This document shows, piece after piece, positions 53,301-64,000 of a DNA stretch of 64,000 nucleotides; the stretch's first letter is position 1, and each line of letters opens with the position of its first letter. Below the pieces are notes generated by a model. It did no database searches and was not told the DNA's origin. It saw only the letters and a program-made list of their open reading frames with translations. Both the position numbers and the translations under genes were made by a program. The stretch is taken from the NCBI RefSeq assembly GCF_009914755.1, contig NC_060935.1, one strand, 5' to 3'. Source of the stretch: the human T2T-CHM13v2.0 reference genome, Homo sapiens.

Positions 53301-56158
53301 GAAATGATAATAAAAATTTACCAACAACAAAAAAGTCCAGGACCAGATAGATTCACAGCTGAATTCTACCAGACATTCAAAGAAGAATTGATACCAATCC
53401 TATTGACAGTATTCTACAAGATAGAGAAAGAGAGAATCCTCCCTAAATCATTCTATGAAGCCAGTATCACCTTAATACCAAAACTGGGAAAGAACATAAC
53501 CAAAAAAAAAAAACACTACAGATCAATATCCCTGATGAACATAGATGCCAACATCCTTGACAAAATACTAGCTAATAGCATCCGACAGCATATCAAAACC
53601 CATGATCAAGTGGGTTTCATGCGAGGGATGCACGGATGGTTTAACATACGCAAGTCAATAAGTGTGATACACAACATAAAGAGAATTGGAAACAAAAATC
53701 ATGTGATTATCTCAATAGCCACAGAAACTGCATTCAACAAAATTCAACATCACTTTATGACTAAAACTCAGCAAAATCGGTTTACAAAGGACATACCTCA
53801 ATGTAATAAAAGCCAGCTATGGTAAACACACAGCCAACATTATATTGAATGGGAAAAAGTTAAAAGCATTCTGTCTGAAAACTGGAATGAGACAAGGATA
53901 CCCACTCTCACCACTTCTCTTTAACATATTACTGGAAGTCCTAGCAAGAGCAATCAGACAAGAGAAACAAGTAAAGCACATCCAAATTGTTAAAGAGAAA
54001 GTCAAACTGTCACTGTTTGCTGATGATATGATTGTGTATGTAGAAAACTCTAAAGACTCCTCCAAAACCCCCTAGAACTGACAAAATAATTCAGCAAAGT
54101 TTCTGGATACAAAATTAACGTACACCAATGAGTTGCTTTCTTACATACCAGCAATGACCAAGCTGAGAATAAAATCAAGAACTCAACCCCTTTTACAATA
54201 GCTGCAAAAAACAAAACAAAACAAAACAAAAACTTAGGAATATATACCTAACCAAGGAGGTGAAAGACATCTACAAGGAAAACTACAAAACACGGCTGAA
54301 AGTAATCATATAAGACACAAACAAATGGAAACACATGCCATTCTCATAGATGGGTAGAATCAATATTGTGAAAATGGCCATAATGCCAGAAGCAACCTAC
54401 AAATTCATTGCAATTCCCATCAAAATACCACCATTAGTCTTCACAGAACTAGAAAAAACAATCCTAAAATTCTTATGGAACCAAAAAAGAGCCCAATAAA
54501 CAAGCAAGTCTAAAAAAAAGAACAAATCTGAAGGCATTACATTACCTCATTTCAAACTATACAATAAGGCCATAGTCACCAAAACAGCATGATGCTGGTG
54601 TACAAATAGGCACATCGACCAATGGAACAGAATAGAGAACCCAGAAATAAACTCAAATACTTACATCCAACTGATCTTTGACAAAGCAAACAAAAACATA
54701 AAGTGGGGAAAGGGCACCCTATTCAACAAATGGTGCGGGGATAGCTGGCAAGCTACATGTAGGAGAATGAAACTGGATCTTCATCTCTCACCTTATACAA
54801 AAATCAACTCAAGATGGATCAAGGACTTAAATCTAAGCCCTGAAACTGTAACAATTCTAGAAAATAACATCGGAAAAACCCTTCTACACATTGGCTTAGG
54901 AAAGGATTTCATGACCAAGAACACAAATGCAAATACATAAAAACAAAGAAAATATCTGGGACTAAATTAAACTAAAGAGCTTTTGCATGGCAAAAGGAAG
55001 AGTCTGCAGAATAAACAGACAACCCACAGAGTGGGAGAAAATCTTCACAATCTATACATCTGACAAAAGAATAATATCCAGGCTCTAAAATGAACACAAA
55101 TAGATTATCAAGAAAATAACAAACAATCCCAATAAAAAGTAGGCTAAGGACATGAACAGACAATTCTCAGAAAAAGATATACAAATGACCAACAAACATA
55201 TGAAAAAATTCTCAACATCACTAATGATCAGGGAAATGCAAATCAAAACTACAATGAGATATCTACTTACTCTAGTTAAAATGGCTATTAACAAAAAAGA
55301 CAAAAAATAACAGATCCTTGTGAGGATATGGAGAAAAGGGAACTCTTTCTTACACACTGTTGGTGGGAATGTAAAATAGTACAACCATTATGGAAAACAG
55401 TATGAAGATTTCTCAGTAAACTAAAAACAGAACTATCATACAATCCAGCAATCTCACTAGTGGTTATTTATCCAAAAGAAAGGAAATCAGTATATCCAAT
55501 GGACACATTACACTCATGTTTATTGAAGCACTATTCACAATAGTTAAGGTTTGGGATCAACCTAAGTGTCTATCAACAGATGAACGGATTAAAAAATTGT
55601 ATTTTTGCACAGTACTATTTTGCCATGAAAAAGAATGAAATCTTGTCATTTGTAGCAACATGGATGGAACCAGAGGTCATTATGTTAATTGAAAGCCCTG
55701 AAGCAGAACAAAAACAAACTCTTGGTATGCCAAAGAGATAGATAATAAAATAAGCCAGATACAGAAAGTCAAATATCACATGTTTTTATTCATCTGTGGG
55801 AGCTAAAAAAGTGGGTCTCATGGTGGTAGAGAGTAGAATGATAGTTATCAGAGGCTGGAAAAAGTGTGAGTGTGTATGGGAGGGGATTTAAGAGATGTTG
55901 GTTAATAGGTACAAACACAGTTGGATAGAAGGATTAAGCCATAATGTTTGATATTTGAGTAGGGTGACTATAGTTAATTACTATTTATTATATATTTCAA
56001 AATGGCTAGAAATGAGGATTTGAAATTTTCTCAATACATAGAAATGATAAATGCTCAAAGCAATGGATATCCTAAATATCTAGACTTAATCATCACATGT
56101 TCTAGGCATGTAAGTATCACATGTACCCCATAAATATATAAAAATATGTATCAAAAAA
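47376..56158 (+). mobile_element. Old near-full-length L1 (L1PB-like 5' end, L1MA-like 3' end), decayed, host of a nested L1
   Basis: 5'UTR ~47376-48770, ORF1 remnant ~48770-49790, ORF2 remnant from ~49860 (ORFs 50039, 50354, 52803, 53304, 53845), 3'UTR to ~56158. Confidence 0.85.
50655..52738 (+). mobile_element. 5'-truncated younger L1PA nested in host ORF2
   Basis: Host ORF2 stops at ...MEI, jumps to RT (FADD) and an L1PA 3'UTR/tail, then resumes at ~52745; degenerate TSD aaaaatcatttg / aaaattacttg. Confidence 0.9.
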
Positions 56159-57829
56159 TGCACATTGCTCCCATTTGTTGACTGACTAGGTGAAAATATT
56201 TAGTGCCATGAATAATCCCTGTTTACTCTGTTTATGGGCATATTGAAAGGTTATAAGGCTCAGAGAGACCAGTATTGTTGATAGCCTGCAACTACAATAA
56301 TTATTTGTCTCTCTCCCATATTCTGGATATATACAGCCAAATTCAAAAGTAATTCACAGGAAAAAGTCTGATCAATGTGAGAGCACTATAAAATTACTAA
56401 TAAAGTTATATTTGCCAAAATATGGCACTCTAACTTGGAAAATGCAAAGGTTCCTTGATATGAAAGACACAAGACCTGAAGGTCAAAACTCCCTGACCAA
56501 TCTAGCACTTCCTAAAAAGTAAATCTGTTAATATCCCTCTACCCTTCACACATGAGAGTCACCAGGTCAGTGCATGGTTTCCTCCTGTTATCTTCACCAG
56601 TCTGGGAGCTTTCAGTCATTTATCACCTCCTTCTTCCTTCTCATCTCCCACAGTCAGTCGAATACTATGTCTTTCTCACCCCACCTTTGTCCATCCTTCA
56701 AATTCCACAGACTCACTGCTCCTCTTGGGTTTGAACCATTGTATCTGTCCCCTTGAATCATCATCCATATTTTATTTTATCTGCAAACTTGAATCCATTT
56801 TGTGCACATAAGCAGATTACTTTTTCCCAAAATCTTATTTCCTGAGTCACTTAACATCCTAATGCTTATCGTTTAGTATTGCAATAGCATAGTAAAAGCT
56901 TGTATTTTTGTAGCCAGGCCCTGTACTATCTGGTCTTTCCTAGTCCTCTACGTATGTCTTACTCTCCCTTCTACTTCCAGAGAGCCAGTTTCATGCAAGT
57001 CACGAAGCCCTAGCTTGCTGGTTTTAGAATTTAAGCCTTTATTAGTATTCTATCTCCCACGGAAAGTCTTCATCACACTCTCCAAAAACTTTCCCACTCA
57101 GGTCCTAACTCTAACTTTATTTTAGTGCATGTTACATTCTATCAGAAGATAATGCACAATGATATCATGTGTCTTAGCTTCAGCTAACCCATGAAATAAT
57201 GGAATCCTTCATGGAAAGAGCAGGCTATTGTTGATACACACTCATCTTATCTCCAAATCAATTTAATAAAACATGTGACAAGCTAGCTACTTCAAAATGT
57301 AAATAAGAGTAAATTAAAATAGTAATTCTAGCCTATATCTTGGATATCTATGAAGTTTTGTTTTGTTTTGTTTTGTTTTTGTTTTTAATGAAAAGTGACA
57401 TGTACCACAAATCTGCTTTCTCAGGTACCACTAACACCTCCTTCTTTCCCCGGTGCAGTAAAAACTGCCTAGGAGTCTCTGTCCACTTAATTAACCATTT
57501 TCCCACCCCGATAAAGATTTTTCTCCATCATATCATCCTCCTTGGAATCCTGGAATTCTCCCATAACATCCACATTAATTTTACAAGCCCCCATACATTT
57601 CTTAAGGAAGCTCTTGGTTCTTCCTATGTTTCTCTCCATCCCTCAGCCCATGAACACTTTTTCCTTTTAACACAAGAGTAAAAGATGGAGAAGATAAAAT
57701 TGCAATTTTTGATTACTGAAGAAAATGTACTTTATTAAACAGAAGGCTTTCTCTCAAGGCCAAGCCCAGTCCCCATGTGCAGAAGGAGGGTGTCAGGGTC
57801 ACAGGAACACCTGCAAACTGGAAGAGAAC

Positions 57830-59255
57830 TCAGTGGTACTTATGGGCCAGGGCAATGGCGACAGCAGACACCAGCTTCTGCCAGGCAGCCTGCACTTCAG
57901 GGGTGAACTCCTTGCCAAAGTGAGTAGCCAGAATAATCACCATCACGTTACCCAGGAGCTGTTAGGCAAAAGACAAAATAACACACAGGCATGTTGAGTA
58001 GAAGTTTCCGAAAACAACTTGATGAAAAAACAAACAAACAAACAAACAAAAACGGCTTTATACCTACATTCCTAGACAACCCTGACCTCAAACTGTTCCA
58101 AGGTTTGTGCCCACCCAAAAAATTCAGATGAGCTTAGGTTCAATTTTATTCTATGAGCCCTACATTCAACATTCTACCTACCTACACTCTCACCCCCTTC
58201 CCCATTTTACCAGTATTATTGGGTTCCCTCTCTCCCTGTTTTTCTTTAAGCAATTGTCTAATTTTTGTAAATGTAGAATGTGAGTGCTGCAAGAGTTCTC
58301 AGCGGGAGTTTAAAATCCCCAACAAATTCGGAAACAAGCCTTCACTTGGTCACAATACTGATGGGAAATTTAACATATTTTAGAAAATGTGTCTTATTTT
58401 TCTTTGAGCAAATCTTTTATTTTTTTTGCAAAAATCTCTTTCTAAACCTCAATTATCATGACCCACATAAAATAAGGCATTTCTATTTCCTTGAAATGGA
58501 CTTTGATCTACCAAAAGCCAAATTTCATTCTTCTTTCACAAGTCTACAATTCTATAATACAATTCTCTGGGATAAACACATCAAGTTCTGGCAAGATTTC
58601 CTGAAAAGTTAAGCCAATTCAGGCTGTTAGTAGTCCTTTACTGTCACTAGTTCTGAATCATGTAAGTTTTGGTTATGCTCACTAGAAGTCTGCTGTTCTA
58701 ACATCAAGCTCGACCCATGATTTCTGAGATCTTTGTTGGTCTTTCCAATAAGATTATGAGCTTCAATTAATGTCAAAATATAAAGCCAAAAAATCACATC
58801 ACCAGCACCTGAACTCACCTTGAAGTTCTCAGGATCCACATGCAGCTTGTCACAGTGCAGCTCACTCAGCTTAGCAAAGGCGGGCTTGAGGTTGTCCATG
58901 TTTTTAATAGCATCTCCAAAGGAAGTCAGCACCTTCTTGCCATGGGCCTTGACCTTGGGGTTGCCCAGGATGGCAGAGGGAGACGACAGGTTTCCAAAGC
59001 TGTCAAAAAATCTCTGGGTCCAGGGGTAAACAACGAGGAGTCTATGAAATGACACCATATCAGATACAAAATTAGAGATGCAAAAAATCTTGAGGACTTT
59101 CCCAATCAACTTGCTAGGGTAATATTCACCCTTCATTCCCATGCATTGAGAACCAATGCTTACCTGCCCAAGGCTTCACCTCCAGCCTCTTCCACATTCA
59201 TCTTGCTCCACAGGCTAGTGACGGCAGCCTTCTCCTCAGCAGTAAAATGCACCAT
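57830..59255 (-). CDS. HBE1: Hemoglobin subunit epsilon; join(59255-59164,59041-58819,57958-57830)
   Basis: [30 protein letters not shown]...; [15 protein letters not shown]; AIALAHKYH*; AATAAA 57731-57736. Confidence 0.99.
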
Positions 59256-59307
59256 GATGCCAGGCCTGAGAGCTTGCTAGTGATTGCAGCTGTGTCGGAA
59301 GCAGATA

Positions 59308-59700
59308 TGTGCTGCTGCCTCTCTGTCTGGCCTTTTATTCTTTACTGCCGAAGTTCTGGCCCCCTGTTCTCCATGGTACTTAAAAGTCATTGGTCAAGGC
59401 TGACCTGTGTCCCTCAGGGGTGGAGTCAGGTCCGGAGAGGGTCAGCAGTGATGGATGGACACTAAGTTTGTGATAATGTGTGCTGGATCCTGAGGCTCTT
59501 TTTTGTTGGCTCCTCATCTATCTGCAACACAAATTTCCATTTGTCCCCTTTTTTACCCTCTTCATCATCTTCCAAAATGATATCCATCTCTCCCATTCTC
59601 CTTTTCCAAGAAAGCCTCATATAAAGGAGCAAATCTCAAAATAGGAAAAAAAGTTTCAGCCAAAGCGCATTTAACATTTGCCTTAAAGGTGGTGACAGTG
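59308..59700 (-). promoter_or_regulatory. HBE1: HBE1 promoter and upstream silencer region
   Basis: AATAAAA 59333-59339; CCAAT/TGACCA 59389-59396; CACCC 59417-59423; GATA 59471-59476 and 59518-59523; silencer extent (about -177 to -392) from established knowledge. Confidence 0.85.
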
Positions 59701-60455
59701 ACAAAAACAGGGCCAAGGAAAAGAAAATAAAGCTGTTAAAACAGAATCTCACCCAGTTCTAGGTCTCTTAAGGAGTGCATTGTAAACAAAACTTCTGTAC
59801 CTTAGTTTCTCTAGGGAGACAAAAACCGTACATAGTTCCTTCTAGAAACTGAACAGAATAGCAAGTAGTCCACAGTGGGACTAAAGCCTTAATCCCAAAG
59901 TACAGTACCTTGGGGTGATTCCCTAGAGAGGACAGACAGAAAAGATTACATCCAGTGCTTCCAGAGAATCCTCTCTCTTTTCATTTCTCTATGACCACAG
60001 GGGACATTGGCTACTTTGTGAGTATTGCCTGGGGCTCTCTTCTTGCTTGCCTGTCTGTCCTGCTTATACTTCTCACTGGGAAGGGAGCTGAGAAGCCTAA
60101 AATCCTAAAATTATTTAAAGCCAGAATTTGTCATCAAACAGAGAAAAAAGTGAATCGATATATTAATCAGGCTAGGAGTCAGGGTATATTATTCCTCTAG
60201 TGTCCTTTTTTTTTTCTGTATGTCCCCATTTTGATGACTTGCTAGCTCTTTACTTGGTAGAGCTGAAACTGGAAGTTGGGATTTACAGTGTATTCAATTC
60301 GATCCATGTGCCTGAAGAATATTGCTTATGCTATATCACTTAATCTGCCCTTATAATACCATTGTCATTATCCTCATATTTTAGAATCAAGGAATAAATT
60401 CACAGAAATTATTTAACTATCAATGTGACAGAAGTAATGATTGGGGGAATAATAG

Positions 60456-61036
<581 letters not shown>

Positions 61037-61308
61037 TAAGAGCGTTTCTCTCTTCTATAACCTGACTTTGTTATTTATTATATTTTCTTATGTTTGTGAT
61101 AAAAAAAAAAAAAAAAAAAACACTTGTGGCAAGTAAGAATGTCTCCCTTGCTTTTCTCCCATGATTCCAGAAGTCTTCACCTGACTTAATGACTGCCCAA
61201 ATTGTTATTATTCCAGGCCACTGAATTTCTACTCCATTTTCTTTCAGCTATTAACCAATGGTATCTTTCTGAGCATATATTCTAACCATTGGCTAACACA
61301 GACAAAAC

Positions 61309-62100
<792 letters not shown>

Positions 62101-63728
62101 GACAAAATATATAGCCTAGGAAGACAAGATCCTAGGTTTGGAAAGAACGTATTTGATCCACTGAAATAAAAGAACAATGACTAGACAAAAAGCAGCTCAG
62201 CTGCTTGTAGCTTGAACCAAGCTGAGCTTGGCTACTCAGAGAAGAACAGTCCTTGAGATAATATAATTTTTTTTAACCAATTAAGATACAGCTCTGGGTT
62301 TTCAGGGGGAATTTGCTACAGATCCACAGTATGAAGGCAGTGGCCCTTCCTCAGAACTTGAATGTGAGGGTCAGACATTGCCAAAGTCCAAGGAATAAGG
62401 ACCAGGTATCTCAAGGCCAAGAGTTTGGAGAACAGGTTTCTCCCTAAAACAAGCCCTATGGGTAATCCCATCATTCTTCCCATTCAGAGTATGGACACCA
62501 GTCTTCTCTTAGATTCAGAGTATGGGGTTGATTCTCTCCTGCTCCCTCGGAGCCAGTTGCAGAGCCCACATTTTCTTCTCTCCTTACTGCCTATGGTTCC
62601 AGACCTGGCTTGCATCCAGGGATCTGACCCATTCCATGTTTCCTTATGGCTAAAGGTGGTAGGGAGGAGCTTCAAGAAAGGTTATAGCATTGAAAGGCCC
62701 AGGTTTGTGTCTCAGTAACAAGGCTTATAAATCCTGACTCAGAAGTCAGGTAGGCTGCGGGCAGTCTCATTATTGCTTCGATGCTTGTTGGTTCAAGATA
62801 AATTGCTTCACCTGCTCATTTTTAAGCATTTTATTTGTTTATCATATGAGATACCATGAAAAATGGATTATTGCTTTTCTTTCCTATATTAAAAGCCCAA
62901 AGTTCAGAGAGATAAGTGTTATGGCCATCCAGGATAGATCAGAAAGATTAGACAGTCAGAAAAAGTAATCAGTAAGAATATTCATTTATTGTCTATATAA
63001 TTAAAATTAGTAAAATAAAATCTATGTATGTCTTAAGACATTTAAGTATAAAGGACTTTTAGAAAGAAACACCCAAATTCGATGAAGATTAATTCCTGCC
63101 TGTTTGGGTTTGCTTTAGCATTTGTAATTTCTTAAGTTCTATGCAGGATTCTAAAAACTGTAAGATGCCTAATTTAAACAAGGAAACATCCAATATTTTC
63201 TTAAATCTTTCTGGCTAATTTATGACATATGTTTAACCTGAAGAGTCAAATATTGTACTGTTCTTAGATGCTATTAGTATGAAAAATTATATAAATTAGA
63301 TTCTTGTTAGGTAAAGTAGGCCCTTCACTTCACTGAATGTTTTTCATGGTATTATCTAAGAAATAAATACTTTAATGAATATTCTTTACCACAAATAACT
63401 TACTTTATTTTTATTTTTAAAATAGGAAAAATATAAACAAGGCTTGTAAACCACTGATAGGAAAAGAGCTGCTTAGGATTCTAAATTAGCCAGATTTTAA
63501 ATTATTCTGCTTCCATTATGTATCTAAATCTATATTCTCAGAACAAAAATAGATGTAAGCAAATGATTCTACTAGATTTTGTGTTAGATTTTGCATTATC
63601 CAGGAATGACTTGGATATCACAAGTCATAAATTCTGTGGCTGCCTTGCAGGAAGCCTGTGGCTATTTTCTAGTGTAATTGTAAAGAATGAGAGAATAGAC
63701 CATAACAAGTGTTCAAACTGTTGCTTTC

Positions 63729-63968
63729 TTGTTTTCAACTTTTATTTTAAGTTCAGGGGTACGTGTACAGGATGTGCAGGTTTGTTACATAGATAAATGA
63801 ATGTCAAGGGGGTTTGTTGTATAGATGATCTCATCACTCAGGTATTACGCTTAGCATCCATTAGTGATTTTTCCTGATCCTCTCCTTCTCTCACCCTCCA
63901 CCCTCTGATAGGCCCCAGTATGCGTTGTTTCCCTCTATGAGTCCATGTGTTCTCATCATTTAGCTTCT
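63729..63968 (-). mobile_element. 5'-truncated L1P 3' end
   Basis: Perfect 13-bp TSD aactgttgctttc (63716-63728 / 63969-63981). Confidence 0.9.
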
Positions 63969-64000
63969 AACTGTTGCTTTCGTAGTGTACCTCTGCCTCA

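Noticed and set aside
58627-59142. Long globin-like ORFs (also 15924-16325, 23247-23609, 38581-38868, 43511-43798) as alternative proteins
   Set aside because: They are exon 2 read through into flanking introns; canonical splice sites explain them.

Overview
Human beta-globin cluster (chr11p15.4), with all globin genes on the minus strand. Left to right: L1/Alu-rich 3' flank, HBB (14966-16389), HBD (22337-23806), pseudogene HBBP1 (31493-32909), lncRNA BGLT3 (~33.9-34.9 kb), HBG1 (37724-39155), HBG2 (42634-44085), a composite L1 (47.4-56.2 kb) and HBE1 (57830-59255). The LCR and 3'HS1 lie outside the window. Every globin exon boundary was read from the sequence. HBB is normal beta-A at the positions checked. 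The chromosome carries two HbF-raising alleles: HBG2 -158 C>T (XmnI+) and HBG1 +25 G>A. This is among the best-studied human loci, and I found no convincing wholly new system. The best leads are: (i) a TSD-flanked L1-plus-MER41-like cassette that looks like a 3' transduction and whose L1 tail marks the gamma-duplication crossover; (ii) a 77-codon Met55-initiated ORF in spliced HBBP1 that keeps both heme histidines; (iii) a full-length L1 nested in an Alu tail with a mutated YY1 site and an open ORF0 pointing at HBB; (iv) the BGLT3 HIF-site pair apparently created by a local tandem duplication. Repeat subfamily names and variant IDs are from recall and were not checked against databases.
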